DNA of 64,000 nt, taken from positions 310,001-374,000 of the IMG/VR virus record IMGVR_UViG_3300028654_000001. One strand, written 5' to 3'. Made by a program: the position numbers and the translations under genes. Under the pieces are notes generated by a model. It saw only the letters and a program-made list of their open reading frames with translations, searched no databases and was not told the origin of the DNA. This document shows, piece by piece, positions 8,770 to 19,793 of the stretch. How positions within the stretch are numbered: the stretch's first letter is position 1; every line of letters starts with the position of its first letter.

Positions 8770-9468
8770 TCAAGTAGTAAATCTCCACACCACCGTCATC
8801 GTACTAGTGGAGGGCTTATTTTGTACAGGAAAATTGAATACATTGCATAAAGTCTCAAACTGAGTCAAGTCCACCGTCGGGTCATAAGGGCCATTTGAAG
8901 GTGACACTGGGTTCTTGATCGACATGTCAGAGTTGATAGCCCCTCCAAGGATTCCCATCTCCACGAGAGGCCCGACAGCTTCTGATTCTGTGAAGGTGGT
9001 CGTGAAGTCCACTACATTGGTAGGAATCGAACTAGGATTCCCCAGAGAATCAACAAAGTTGGTAGAAGCGAACCTCTTGCGGGTGAGTTCAGCATAGAGT
9101 GCTCGTTGGGTTCTAGTTGGAGCTGGGGGGTGCATAGGATCCCACCCACTATCACCAGTCCCAACAGCCAAGGCAAAGGCTCCATTGAGCCCTGTTTCAC
9201 TGTTGTTTTTTAAGAGTCGGGCCACCAAAGTCGAGGCGTCAGCTGTAACCAGGTTCTTAAAGTTCCTAACACATTGAACTTTCCCGGTCCCCCCATCCCG
9301 AAGGGTCATGATCACATCACCACGTTTGATAGGTGAGATGTGCTCCTCATATTTTGCAGAGGTTAGCATACGAACTGCTGACTTGATCCGAGAGAACATA
9401 TCGATATTAGTCACCATTTGAGCACCAAAACTGCTTTCACAGACGTTAGGGAAGAACTGGTTAACCAA
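8770..9468 (-). CDS. Baseplate / tail-fibre attachment protein (tail-collar-fibre N-terminal-like fold)
   Basis: NLVT..A..LVARLL, ALAVGTG, TQRALYAELTRK, FTTTFTESEAVGPLVEMGI, KPSTSTMTVVWRF pattern of myophage baseplate proteins. Likely start is ATG 9417, overlapping the upstream stop. Confidence 0.75.
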   Translation of the reverse strand: MVNQFFPNVCESSFGAQMVTNIDMFSRIKSAVRMLTSAKYEEHISPIKRGDVIMTLRDGGTGKVQCVRNFKNLVTADASTLVARLLKNNSETGLNGAFALAVGTGDSGWDPMHPPAPTRTQRALYAELTRKRFASTNFVDSLGNPSSIPTNVVDFTTTFTESEAVGPLVEMGILGGAINSDMSIKNPVSPSNGPYDPTVDLTQFETLCNVFNFPVQNKPSTSTMTVVWRFTT

Positions 9469-12400
9469 GAGTCACCGGTGAGATGAGCCGATATAGAAAC
9501 TGGGTTCGGAGTCATAACGATGTAAACCTCATCAGAGAAAGCTGATAGGAGGTCCGACTCACCAGAGGTTTTTTCTATTACCTCAAGGTTATTGTAGAGA
9601 GCCCCGGTTGAAGCTGGAATAGTGATTGTTTTTAATGGTAGATTACCTGACCCAAACGAATCAGATCCAAAAGCTGAATCTCCAAATCCACTAGGTGGAA
9701 CTGAGATTGTAACGGTTCTTGACTTCTTGAAAGTCTGAGTCAACGGAACTAGAGGCGTTCCTTCATTCAACTTAGTAAAGGCCCGCACACTTGGATCATT
9801 AACGTAGGCCTCCCATTGATAGGGTACCCCAGTTGAAGCTGATGAGTATTGAGTATGAGCGTGCGGTAGAGTCCCAAACAAGTGCTCCGGAGAAGCCATC
9901 ACGTTTCTCTGATTGGAGACTTGGTGAGGCGGGACAATCTTGACTTCTATCGGAGAGGTTGTGATGGCGTAATGCACGAAGTCCCAAGCTGTCTGAGAGA
10001 GGTTAGTCGAGTCAAAAGCTCCCCAACTCACCGATGGCAGGCCTCTGTTGATCACACTTGGCAACCCAACCGAACTCGGAGGGAGGGTCACGTGGCCATA
10101 CTCCACTCGAATGAGTGGTACTGAACTAGCATCTTGGAACAACCCAACGAACCCAGTGGGATCTCGAAGGATTTGATAGGTGTGGTCAGTAGTCCAATCA
10201 GTCTCTTGAGGGATTCTGTACCTGACAACCGTAGACCCGGTTTGAGGTAATGGAGTTACCGAGTCATCAATGGTGATCGAGGTACTTCCAACACTAGCTA
10301 TCTTGTAGACCCCCCTATTGATGTCGTCATCAATGATCAAATCATTCCCCGATTGAACCAAGTCAGCTATGAAGTCGGCTGTCAGATCCTCTAGTACGTT
10401 GCCGTTAGTATTTGCTCGACCAGAGGACTTCGTCGGCAAGTAGTACCCTAAGAGGCTATTAGGGTCAGAACCTTTCCAGATTCCCACATAGTGTCTTGGG
10501 AGGTAATCTGGGGGAGTTGCAGTAAGCGGCTGCCCTCTCCACCCATTCACGTAGTACCAATCGACAACCGACTTGGATTGAAATACACTAGCTTGTGTAG
10601 TAGACCCAAAGGATAAAGTTGGAGTACCAGTGGCAACCGAGAAACTCGTGTAGGCTGTTGATCCTATAAGTGTGTTATCAGCAAATAGAACCACTAAGTT
10701 ACCGGCTGTATTCTTAGTAACACGATAGGTGTGCGGCTTCCCATCCATCCAATTGAACGAAAATGATGCAAAAGAGATTAGGACACCATCTGAGTGAAAC
10801 GAAACTAGAGGGTTACCGGATCCATCCTCATTGAGCATAACTCCGATGGTTCGATTACCGTCAAAGACATCCGTGGTAACCCCACAGAAGTGTTCTGGGG
10901 TACCGTCTTGAACAAATGAGATGACACCACAGTGGAACTCAAACAAGTAGTCAAGGGGTGCGTCAAAGATTCTGCTTGTTGATCCTGTTGGTGCAAGGTC
11001 ATTGATTGAAAACAACCTCCCGTCACTAACACTGGTGTCCTCAATGCGAAGAGTTCTTCCGATCAGGTATGCATGGGCTCCGCCTAAAGATGTCCAAGGC
11101 TCTGGAGTGGCATCCTGGGGCATTGATCGTCCAGGATAGCTGACCTTCGGCTGTGCTTGTGTGGGGAAGAAACAAACCTGAACCAGGAACTTCCCATCGT
11201 CAATGGCAGCCATTACTGCATTGGGAGTGATACCGTGGGTATACGTTCTCAGACTCACACCAAAGTCTAGGACCACGCTCGAGGAAACACCAAGGAGAGG
11301 CTCTATCCTAGTAAATCCTCTGAAATCCCCACCAATGAGACTTGATTGACTTGATGTATAAGAGGTTGAGTCTAGAAGCAGGTCAACATTTGGACCGATA
11401 GTAATCAAGTTCTCATTGCCATGGTACCCTATCGGAGTCCAAGGCTTCGAGAAGTCCTCGGGGAGAACGGTGAGTGGCGGTGGTTGCCCATAAGAGACAT
11501 CAACGAAGGGAGCACTCTGAGTAGCATCTGTGGGCAAGATCAAGTAACGAACGAATTGCCAAGTGCTCTGGTTAGTAGCTTCTCGGCTCAACGAGCCGAA
11601 GAATATATTCTGGACTTGGTTGAAGGTAGCGTCCAACTCCTCCAATAGGGGGAGCTGATCCTCAGTTATCTGAAGAGACTCAACTGCCTCCCCATCGACG
11701 AATAGATTGATGGTCCCACTGATGTCCTTCAGAAATCTGTATGAATGGTAAATAGACCAATCGAATGCAACAGGAAGATCAGTTGGGTTTCCACTTGAAC
11801 CCATACCCCCAGTCCAAGAGTCGATCAAAGATAGGGTGTTACCAGAACCTCTCTTGAGAAAACCAATCTTACGAACCCCACCCTCAAGCAGGTACCCTAG
11901 AATAACAGCTCTGTAGTTGTCGGACCAACCCGTGGAGACCCCGGTGAAAACACCATCTGGTACCGTTGCGTCAATCTTCATTCGCCAAGTAGCGGCGTAG
12001 ACATTCTTAAATGATAGGTCGACTCCACGAGCCCAATACAAGGTCTGTCCAGTCGGGTAAGGCCCACTGGTATTGTCTATCACTACCAGATTACCATTGA
12101 CTATCGAAGCTGTCCCAACTCCGTTGCGAACCCAAGGAGCTACAGGGTCTGATTCAGGAAGAATGTTCCCATCATAGGTGACGGAGACCTCTGATAGTTT
12201 ACGAGTTAGAGATGAGTAGGCAATCCTATTCTTTGGAGTATTGAGTCGAAGGAGATCTGGGTTATTCAAGGATGCGGTGTACTTCCGTTCATAGGCTCGG
12301 TAGAACACATCCCGAAGCAATGGCTGAGGTAAGGGAGCTCGAATATCATCAGTCAAGATCCTGTTATTTGCACCGGTGGATCTCTGAAGGACATTACTGT

Positions 12401-13637
12401 AAAGGTAGGGCCTCCCAGTCAAAAGTGCCCTATTGTTACCGTTGTTAGATCTAAACTCTCTCGAGTTGAGCCTTCTGACTTCAACGGTTGGATCATACAT
12501 CCATTCATAATCGACTGCTATTGCACTCAAGTGAGCAGGTGGGACTGTCAACACAATCTGTCCCAAAAGCCCTATAACGAGGTCAACTGTAACCGGCACC
12601 CCATTGACCCGAACCACCACATCGTTGGGGTCGTCCGCTAGGAACCCAGTTCTAGGATCATAGAGAGTCCAAGTATTCAAAGGTGAGTTATTATTAGGAT
12701 CAGAACTGGGGGTCCTAAAACTCGCCTGAACTTGTAGTCTTGTAGCGCTAACCACCTTGAGAATCTTGTATGAGCCCCCGTTGATGGTTGACCCCTTCAA
12801 CTTCAAGTAGAGTCCCACGTGGCTCGAATCAAAGGCCCCACCAGGCAGGACAACCTCACCCATAGTCACTGCACCTAACAACTCTACGGGTGCCAAGTCA
12901 GCATGGTCAACAGCGGAGCTGGACTTCCTTCCCCTGACTACGGTGAACTCAGTGTCAGAAGTGGCTGTGACCGCCAAGTACTCTGAGTCGATCTTGAGAC
13001 TGTAGTTTATTGGATTTCCGTAGAACCCCAAGAGGCTCGACACTATTAGGTGGCTGTCTGTACTTGTGATAGATCCATTGAGGGTTGTTCGATATACAAT
13101 TCCGGAGAAATTGGAGGGGGCTGTCTGCACCGACCACTGACTACCCTTCTGTATTGTAAGTGGCGGCTTGACTATTGGCCCATTATCTGTGTAGATAGAC
13201 CTAGCCGAGTATGGGATTTGAGCTTGGAACCCTGCTACGGTGTCAAGTAGAGTATTCCCGTCAGTAGATTGGATAAGTGAGGATACTGTCAGGGTGTAAA
13301 CCCCTGTGATAAGTCCTGAAGTTGTGAGCGCTATGGTACTCTTGTCAACCATATACACATGGTTTACTGAGACAGATGACGGACCCGCTATATTGTAGGA
13401 CGCTGGATCGATCAAAACACTGTCTATTGACAGATCCTTATTGAAGTGTGCTATCAGGGTACCGTCAACAACTGTGAAGATTACCACAGTTACAGCAAAG
13501 TCCGAGGTGCTGCTAAGGTTTGCAAGGATTGATGAATCACCAGTGAGGTTTGCAGCTAGGTCCCCGCCTGAAAGCGTCCCTAATAGGATACTTCCAAGTG
13601 TGCTATCTAGTGTTCCTAAGCTAGAGGTGAAAGGCAT
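9411..13637 (-). CDS. Large baseplate wedge / fibre-like virion protein with repeated lectin (ConA-like) beta-sandwich domains
   Basis: 1408 aa, beta-rich, with repeated P..W...G / FDW...H.YR..K....V.LF.D modules. Directly follows the gpI-like wedge gene. Confidence 0.7.
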   Translation of the reverse strand: MPFTSSLGTLDSTLGSILLGTLSGGDLAANLTGDSSILANLSSTSDFAVTVVIFTVVDGTLIAHFNKDLSIDSVLIDPASYNIAGPSSVSVNHVYMVDKSTIALTTSGLITGVYTLTVSSLIQSTDGNTLLDTVAGFQAQIPYSARSIYTDNGPIVKPPLTIQKGSQWSVQTAPSNFSGIVYRTTLNGSITSTDSHLIVSSLLGFYGNPINYSLKIDSEYLAVTATSDTEFTVVRGRKSSSAVDHADLAPVELLGAVTMGEVVLPGGAFDSSHVGLYLKLKGSTINGGSYKILKVVSATRLQVQASFRTPSSDPNNNSPLNTWTLYDPRTGFLADDPNDVVVRVNGVPVTVDLVIGLLGQIVLTVPPAHLSAIAVDYEWMYDPTVEVRRLNSREFRSNNGNNRALLTGRPYLYSNVLQRSTGANNRILTDDIRAPLPQPLLRDVFYRAYERKYTASLNNPDLLRLNTPKNRIAYSSLTRKLSEVSVTYDGNILPESDPVAPWVRNGVGTASIVNGNLVVIDNTSGPYPTGQTLYWARGVDLSFKNVYAATWRMKIDATVPDGVFTGVSTGWSDNYRAVILGYLLEGGVRKIGFLKRGSGNTLSLIDSWTGGMGSSGNPTDLPVAFDWSIYHSYRFLKDISGTINLFVDGEAVESLQITEDQLPLLEELDATFNQVQNIFFGSLSREATNQSTWQFVRYLILPTDATQSAPFVDVSYGQPPPLTVLPEDFSKPWTPIGYHGNENLITIGPNVDLLLDSTSYTSSQSSLIGGDFRGFTRIEPLLGVSSSVVLDFGVSLRTYTHGITPNAVMAAIDDGKFLVQVCFFPTQAQPKVSYPGRSMPQDATPEPWTSLGGAHAYLIGRTLRIEDTSVSDGRLFSINDLAPTGSTSRIFDAPLDYLFEFHCGVISFVQDGTPEHFCGVTTDVFDGNRTIGVMLNEDGSGNPLVSFHSDGVLISFASFSFNWMDGKPHTYRVTKNTAGNLVVLFADNTLIGSTAYTSFSVATGTPTLSFGSTTQASVFQSKSVVDWYYVNGWRGQPLTATPPDYLPRHYVGIWKGSDPNSLLGYYLPTKSSGRANTNGNVLEDLTADFIADLVQSGNDLIIDDDINRGVYKIASVGSTSITIDDSVTPLPQTGSTVVRYRIPQETDWTTDHTYQILRDPTGFVGLFQDASSVPLIRVEYGHVTLPPSSVGLPSVINRGLPSVSWGAFDSTNLSQTAWDFVHYAITTSPIEVKIVPPHQVSNQRNVMASPEHLFGTLPHAHTQYSSASTGVPYQWEAYVNDPSVRAFTKLNEGTPLVPLTQTFKKSRTVTISVPPSGFGDSAFGSDSFGSGNLPLKTITIPASTGALYNNLEVIEKTSGESDLLSAFSDEVYIVMTPNPVSISAHLTGDSWLTSSSLTSVKAVLVLKW

Positions 13638-14452
13638 CAGAAGTCACCCGAATGATTTTCAGCAACCACAACTCGGTTGATCTTTACACCGAGCCTATCG
13701 ATATCAAACAAACCTCGTGAGTACACTCGCAGATCTTCATAGCAGTAACTGGACATGTCTCCTCTACTGGCATCAAGGATCACACCCCCTTGAGTTGGGT
13801 TTGGGTTATAGGTATCAGTAAAGATGTACCTAATTGTGTACAGTGTATGTGCAGGTCTAATAATGTCCAGGAGTAGCCTAGTGTTTGAGTCAAGAGCAAA
13901 CACATTAACTGGGAAACCTGTAGTAGTGTCCGTTACATCGACCTGAAAACCAAATTCATCTGAGATATCAAGACCGGAGTTTGGATCCCTGGCAATCAGG
14001 AAGTTTTCGAACAGTAGAGGACCGCCAGAGAAGAACAGATCTACAGCTTCTAGCATCGCCGGTGGAATGGCCCCCTCGAAGTAGATTGCAATCACATTGA
14101 GTAGGAATGTTCGGAACTCCAAGTCATCATAGTTTGTATCTGGCAACTTGTTGTTCAAGAAAACCATGTACCCAATGATACTGTACAGAAAGTCTGTACG
14201 GGTCTTGGTAAAGTCCTGATCCGAGTTGACATCCTCCAAAGAGAGCTCGATGCGAGCCAGCTCAGTAGCTACTGCCGAAAGCTCTACTGAGTAATTTGGG
14301 CCTTTAATGGTGCTGATGTACGAACTGGGCAGGAAATCCATCAAGTTAGTGAAGATCGTCTGAGCTCGTTGAATGAGCCTCAGGTTGTACTCCTTCCCAG
14401 ATTGACTAGTTGTGAGGTTTAGCCTATCTGGATCTGTAACGAATCTGGGCAT
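13637..14452 (-). CDS. Baseplate wedge protein (P2 gpI / Mu gp48-like)
   Basis: LLLDIIRPAHTLY motif (xKPAH-like); immediately downstream of baseplate J. Confidence 0.75.
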   Translation of the reverse strand: MPRFVTDPDRLNLTTSQSGKEYNLRLIQRAQTIFTNLMDFLPSSYISTIKGPNYSVELSAVATELARIELSLEDVNSDQDFTKTRTDFLYSIIGYMVFLNNKLPDTNYDDLEFRTFLLNVIAIYFEGAIPPAMLEAVDLFFSGGPLLFENFLIARDPNSGLDISDEFGFQVDVTDTTTGFPVNVFALDSNTRLLLDIIRPAHTLYTIRYIFTDTYNPNPTQGGVILDASRGDMSSYCYEDLRVYSRGLFDIDRLGVKINRVVVAENHSGDF

Positions 14453-17400
14453 TAGGTGCTCGATGCGTAGGTGATGGTAAAGTTACCGAGTTCTACGAAC
14501 TCAACGTCAGCTGCCTCAATGTCATGGGATCCTGAATCCCCACGAACCACATAAGAAACTGTGTAAGTGTGATCAACAGGGAGGTCTACCGGACTCCCAG
14601 ATCCCGACAGGGAGATCACCACATGGTTCGCAGTCCTCCTCAGTAGCTCAGCTTGTTGAGTAGCTGCTGTTGTGAAACCGGCGGCTACCAGAGTAGCTGT
14701 ATCGGTATACCCTAGGATAACAGCACCCCCAGATCCGATGATGTAAGCTTGGTTAGCAGCCGAAGCCAAAGTGGAGAGCACTCCAACCAAGGTCATAGCC
14801 TCATCGTCTTCAAATACACCCTTGTGCTCTGTAATTAGACCCCCACCATCCGTGGTAGGTGAGGTCAAAGCATTGGTTAGGATGTAAACTACATTTGCTC
14901 CAATATCTAAGGATGGGAGATGCAAGTAGGCTGAGGTTATAGCCTCACGGAGCTTGCGTGACCCGTCCGCATAGGCCATCAAAGCCATGGGCAACACTAA
15001 GAAGCCGACACCCGGGGTCCCCTGGATAGCCCCAACGATACTGGACTGAGCCAGACCCTGTCCAATTAGTCTCGTGTTGGAGTCGTTGCTGACGTCAGAG
15101 CGAACAGCAGGATCAGTAGTATCTTTGGTTGACCCAGATTTTAGCTCCACCGTAACTTCTAGATCGACTAGATTCTCAATGGCCTCTTTGATGATTACAT
15201 CAGCCGTAATGTGACGAGTAGAGTTGACTGTCCTCTGGAGTTGTTGCAGAAGATCATTGATTACGTAGTTAACTGTGAAGTTCTCATCGTGGACATAGTC
15301 AACAGAGACTGTGGCCCCATTGACGATATCCGATGTGGCTGTCCTTTGGATAGCCGCTGGGGTAGTCGGAGTTCCTGCAATGACTTCATAGTCCGGGATA
15401 GTAGCTGTTGGGCCTTCGTATTCTATTGATCGATCAACACTAAAGACTCGAATAGTATCAGTATTTATCCCGATGCTTCCGAGAGGTATTGCTTGAGACC
15501 CTACCAATACATGGGATTCAGCATTCACTTGAATTGTATTGCCTGAGGGGACCCCATTAACTTGATTGATGGATAGGTAGTCGTTGGAGATCGTGCTTTC
15601 ACCATCAATGAGTGGGTCATCAACCTTGTAGAGAGCGTATCCAAGAGAGTTATCCAAAGCACCGGATACCTCTCCTATAACCGACACTACTCGCCGAACA
15701 GGTTGAAAGCTGAATATGAATCGATTATCAACACGGAAGCGGTAGTCAGCTGTCACCACATCATCGAAGTTCGTTACAACTTGACCTGATAGTGTGGGGT
15801 TCAACTTAAAGGTCCTGTAGTCGATGAGTTGGACTCCAACAAGGAGGTAGTCCAACCCTTGGGTCACATTCCTGACTCCGAGACCTTGTGTCAAGTTATC
15901 CAGGATCTCTGTGATCGGATTGTTCAGGGTGACTCGACTATCCTGAACCTGAAAGATCAAGTTAGTAGCATCAATGATGGTACATCGAATGTTGGTAGCT
16001 ACTTCGAAAGTGAAGGCAAACTTCTCAGTAATTTGTCGTTCCTTGAGACCTTGCGTCCAGATATCAACCTTGCCCCCAATGTGCTTGTGACGGACAGAAT
16101 CATAATCCCTCATCATGAGGGGGTCCCCGCTCTTGACTATCTTTGCCTTGACTATTCCAATTTGCTCTGCAGAAGTTGAGGCATACCCACCAGAGGTTCC
16201 ACTATCTACTGAATATCCAAGGAGGCATCTGGTAGTAAGATCCGCATTACTTTCGAGGTCAGACCCGAAGACGGTGGCATCGTTGTTGATAACTTGGAAA
16301 CCTGGAGCTCCAGATACGTTGGTGATCTGCCCAGCTGGTCGGTTACCATCTGAACCGGTTGTCTGAGCAACTATGTCAACGGTTATCTCGTAACGCTTGG
16401 TATCGAAGTTGAAGTAGGAGTCGGCTTGAGCAGCCAACATGATATAAGAGCCACCAACAACGAAGTTGACGGAAGGGATCCCAAGAGAGGAGTCCGCATT
16501 AGTCGATACAATGGTCCCAGTGGGTACCGGGAGGTCAAATGAGGGGCGCGTATATGTGTAGAAGGTTTCTTGTCCAACTGACGGCCTTCCAGGAAGCCTC
16601 TTCTTACTGATATTTCCAGCTAGCTTGTCGAACCCTGAGTCGATGATACTCTGAACTGCATCATCAGTTGTATACCCCAAGGCAAACTTAAGAGCTGTCT
16701 TGTAGGCACTCCCGGAGACAGGATCCGAAACTCCATCCCCATTGGCGTCATCGATCTGAAGAAGAGTAAGGAAACTTTGAGTACGGTGAACGAAGTCCAC
16801 CAAGAAGTAAAGACGCTCGGCTTCTGAGGTAAAAGGGTCAATCGAAACATCCCTTGTTGTCGACCCTGGGATCAAACTCACAAGAGCATCAACCCTCTGA
16901 ATCGAGTTGACGAAATCAGTCAGAACCTGAAACTGAGTCCTACCAGGAAGAGTTCTAATCGACGTGTCCAGGATGAGTGGTGTCCCCAAAACTTCTTGAG
17001 AGAAGGCACTCTCTATCTCGTTTCCAGTTAATGGATCATAATACACGCCAGTTACGACATAGTACAATGGATCTGTATCGGAAACAGCCGAGAACTGGTC
17101 ATCATTAATACTATCTGAAGTTCCCGATCGATTGTGCTGGAAGACGATGTACTCAATAAGTTGGTAGTCTTCGAGGGTAGACTTGAATCGGATGCTCTCT
17201 GTATAAGCCGATGTATTGTATGTAGTATCGAGTTGGGTTGCTAGTTCAGTACCAAACTCATCCTTTTGAGTCAGCTTGACCTCTAGAAATTGGCTACCAT
17301 TAGGGAATATCGTTTGATTAGCAGCAAATTGTGTAACCTTCTCATCAAAGGTTGTTGACTTATTTGTAACGGTTGCTGAATTGATTCGGTAGTATCCGGT

Positions 17401-17898
17401 AGTCCCACCTGCTGCTGTAGAGGCGTAGTAATTGTAACCTATGAAGTTGCTTGGAAGTGGGACACCGCTGGTACTAAATCTCTGTGCTGGCAAGGCGACA
17501 AATATGTTGACAACATCCTTAACCCTACTCACCTTGATTCCAGATGGGGTCTCCACCTGAAGGACATTCTCTTGCAGAACAAGGGTGACAGAGATAGTTG
17601 AGGCAACACTAACCCCACCAGCAATGTCTATTGTTCTAACTAGGATAGTGTTGGATCCAGGAGTCAATACCAAACCATCAGGGTAGCTAGATTGATTTGG
17701 AATAGTGAAGTTTGGGAGATCGAAGTTTACGAGGGTTGGATCTGAAACGAATGGAGCCCCGTTGATAGAAACCTGAATGTCTGAGGTTAGGTTGTCTACT
17801 GTCCCAGTGATGACAATAGCCTCTTGATTCGTTGAAAACACTAGGTTGGTAGTGAATCCAGAACCATCTCTATATGCAATCTGTGGAGCTTTGGCCAT
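14452..17898 (-). CDS. Baseplate J-like wedge protein (T4 gp6-like), extended
   Basis: VPTGTIVST, IVAQTTGSDGNRPAGQIT, VINNDATVFGSDLESNADL and GGKVDIW motifs of Baseplate_J. Confidence 0.9.
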   Translation of the reverse strand: MAKAPQIAYRDGSGFTTNLVFSTNQEAIVITGTVDNLTSDIQVSINGAPFVSDPTLVNFDLPNFTIPNQSSYPDGLVLTPGSNTILVRTIDIAGGVSVASTISVTLVLQENVLQVETPSGIKVSRVKDVVNIFVALPAQRFSTSGVPLPSNFIGYNYYASTAAGGTTGYYRINSATVTNKSTTFDEKVTQFAANQTIFPNGSQFLEVKLTQKDEFGTELATQLDTTYNTSAYTESIRFKSTLEDYQLIEYIVFQHNRSGTSDSINDDQFSAVSDTDPLYYVVTGVYYDPLTGNEIESAFSQEVLGTPLILDTSIRTLPGRTQFQVLTDFVNSIQRVDALVSLIPGSTTRDVSIDPFTSEAERLYFLVDFVHRTQSFLTLLQIDDANGDGVSDPVSGSAYKTALKFALGYTTDDAVQSIIDSGFDKLAGNISKKRLPGRPSVGQETFYTYTRPSFDLPVPTGTIVSTNADSSLGIPSVNFVVGGSYIMLAAQADSYFNFDTKRYEITVDIVAQTTGSDGNRPAGQITNVSGAPGFQVINNDATVFGSDLESNADLTTRCLLGYSVDSGTSGGYASTSAEQIGIVKAKIVKSGDPLMMRDYDSVRHKHIGGKVDIWTQGLKERQITEKFAFTFEVATNIRCTIIDATNLIFQVQDSRVTLNNPITEILDNLTQGLGVRNVTQGLDYLLVGVQLIDYRTFKLNPTLSGQVVTNFDDVVTADYRFRVDNRFIFSFQPVRRVVSVIGEVSGALDNSLGYALYKVDDPLIDGESTISNDYLSINQVNGVPSGNTIQVNAESHVLVGSQAIPLGSIGINTDTIRVFSVDRSIEYEGPTATIPDYEVIAGTPTTPAAIQRTATSDIVNGATVSVDYVHDENFTVNYVINDLLQQLQRTVNSTRHITADVIIKEAIENLVDLEVTVELKSGSTKDTTDPAVRSDVSNDSNTRLIGQGLAQSSIVGAIQGTPGVGFLVLPMALMAYADGSRKLREAITSAYLHLPSLDIGANVVYILTNALTSPTTDGGGLITEHKGVFEDDEAMTLVGVLSTLASAANQAYIIGSGGAVILGYTDTATLVAAGFTTAATQQAELLRRTANHVVISLSGSGSPVDLPVDHTYTVSYVVRGDSGSHDIEAADVEFVELGNFTITYASST

Positions 17899-17901
17899 AA
17901 C

Positions 17902-19032
17902 TTATTGAACCAATTGGTAGTTCGTGAGGCCTTGTAGGATGGCCTGCTGTTGAGTAGACCCAAGCAGATTATCTGGTTGAGGTATCCTGAGGCCTCGCAC
18001 AATCTCAATAGACTTGAAAGAGCGGTTCACCACAACTACAGTAACGAATATTACCGTAGGGTCCTGCTGACTTTGCTCAAGAGTCACACTACGAAGCTGG
18101 AAGGGGTATTCCTCATCAGAGACATACTGACCCACTTTCTCTTCCTGTTGCTTCTTAATGGACTGCCACCTATTGAATGCTGTGTAGATATCCGATGTGA
18201 TCTTGTTCTGAAGTACCCCACCGATGACAATCTTGCTTCCTATAGCCTCGATGATCGAAGTACCATACCAAGTGTTGAACGGATTAGTCCCAAGTACTGT
18301 GTAGATTATCTTCTGGACTTCCTGAAGAAGTAGTATCTCGTCTTGAACTACCGTTACATCCCCAGTAACCCCGTAGCGCCAATCATTCTCGATCCCGAGA
18401 CCACCGCACCTTCTACACTCACTACGAATAGTGGTGTAGCTAACCTCAAGGTAATTCAGGTCAGCTCGAAGTGGAGTGTCAAAAACAATCTGTCTGCTAG
18501 GTGTAAGGGTGAGGTTGTTGTTGACGAGACTCCAACCAGGGAACACCATCTTCCCGCGGTACTGGCGATTGGTCTTGATCCCGAGAGCGGTCGCCAGAGG
18601 ACTGGCACTGTCAATGTATATTGTAGCCGCCGGGCCTTGAAGATTAGTTTGGAACCCAACCTGGTTCCCAGTGGCAGTAAACTGAACCCCACTGACCCTA
18701 GTGGACAGCTGTAGAGCTACTTGGTTAGCCGAGATACGAACCCCTCCTGGAATGGTCACAACCTGCCAAGGCCCGGTATCCACTTTGAGCTTGATTGTGT
18801 TGTTAACCCCGGGGTTTATTGTAAAGGGAGCTCGAAGAGAGCCGACCGATTGGGCTGGAATGTAGACCCCAGTCGAAGGGACTTCGGCCACCCCATTAAC
18901 TCTGATTACTACAGAATTGATTGAGGAGATGGGTCTCAAGGGAACCGCTACCTGCAAGTCCCCTCTCATAAGCAGGTATTCCTCAACCACTAAATGAGGG
19001 CATACCTGATCAAGTTGACGATCATAGCTCAT
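17902..19032 (-). CDS. gp25/GpW-like baseplate wedge (sheath initiator) with N-terminal extension
   Basis: C-terminal LLQEVQKIIYTVLGTNPFNTWYGTSIIEAIG matches the gp25-like pattern. Upstream of baseplate J; contains CRRC. Confidence 0.8.
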   Translation of the reverse strand: MSYDRQLDQVCPHLVVEEYLLMRGDLQVAVPLRPISSINSVVIRVNGVAEVPSTGVYIPAQSVGSLRAPFTINPGVNNTIKLKVDTGPWQVVTIPGGVRISANQVALQLSTRVSGVQFTATGNQVGFQTNLQGPAATIYIDSASPLATALGIKTNRQYRGKMVFPGWSLVNNNLTLTPSRQIVFDTPLRADLNYLEVSYTTIRSECRRCGGLGIENDWRYGVTGDVTVVQDEILLLQEVQKIIYTVLGTNPFNTWYGTSIIEAIGSKIVIGGVLQNKITSDIYTAFNRWQSIKKQQEEKVGQYVSDEEYPFQLRSVTLEQSQQDPTVIFVTVVVVNRSFKSIEIVRGLRIPQPDNLLGSTQQQAILQGLTNYQLVQ

Positions 19033-19793
19033 GCCGTACCCCCACCAGAAGTTGTGTACCCGTCGCTGCCTCTTTCAATGACCAGACCCTCTGATGGAGC
19101 TCGAGTACCGCCTTGGTCATACGATGACATGGGCGCATATACAACCTTCCCGAATGGATCTTTTCCTTTATCATCAGCTATTGCCCGATAGCTAGGATCA
19201 GTGAATAACTGATTAACTAGAGCGATGAGGTTCTCAAGCGAACCATCAACCTCAACCGCGTTTGTTATGGAGGTCAGATTATCGATCTCAATTTGTAGTT
19301 GATCCGAGTAGTCAATAGCTCGCCTAACTTTCCTTTCTATTCTTTCTAGACGATCTAAATTTTCTGAAGCCCAATCCCTCATAGATCTCACTGCATTACC
19401 GGATACAGCATCAGCAAGGCCTAGAGAGGGTACAGGCTCCCCGTTCGAAAGTACCTTCGAGCTGTAGGTCTCGGTACCTTTCGTATAGTAAACTGGATCA
19501 CCCATACTCCTAACTTGCAGGTCGTAGAATGGGTCTCCACCCAAAACCTCATAAGCCGACATGAGCTTCCCGATATAGGTGGTGAACCCTGGCTGACCAG
19601 TAGCGTAACCGGTTGGTTGCCCTGCAGAGTCATAGGTGAACTGAAGAAATCCTATTCTCTGCTTTTCGACGGTAAGGTGATTTACCCTGGATTTTACATA
19701 GGTTAATTGAGCTCTAGTATATGTAACTAGTCTTTGAAACTGTGACCTATTGAATGTTCCCAACCAGTCCATCATAGTTAGCCTACCGATCAA
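19029..19793 (-). CDS. Hypothetical virion (baseplate-region) protein, coiled-coil
   Basis: 254-aa ORF tightly packed in the baseplate operon. Confidence 0.7.
   Translation of the reverse strand: MIGRLTMMDWLGTFNRSQFQRLVTYTRAQLTYVKSRVNHLTVEKQRIGFLQFTYDSAGQPTGYATGQPGFTTYIGKLMSAYEVLGGDPFYDLQVRSMGDPVYYTKGTETYSSKVLSNGEPVPSLGLADAVSGNAVRSMRDWASENLDRLERIERKVRRAIDYSDQLQIEIDNLTSITNAVEVDGSLENLIALVNQLFTDPSYRAIADDKGKDPFGKVVYAPMSSYDQGGTRAPSEGLVIERGSDGYTTSGGGTA

Noticed and set aside
1-8800. Diversity-generating retroelement or invertible fibre cassette
   Set aside because: No reverse transcriptase, recombinase or template/variable repeat pair seen in the window.
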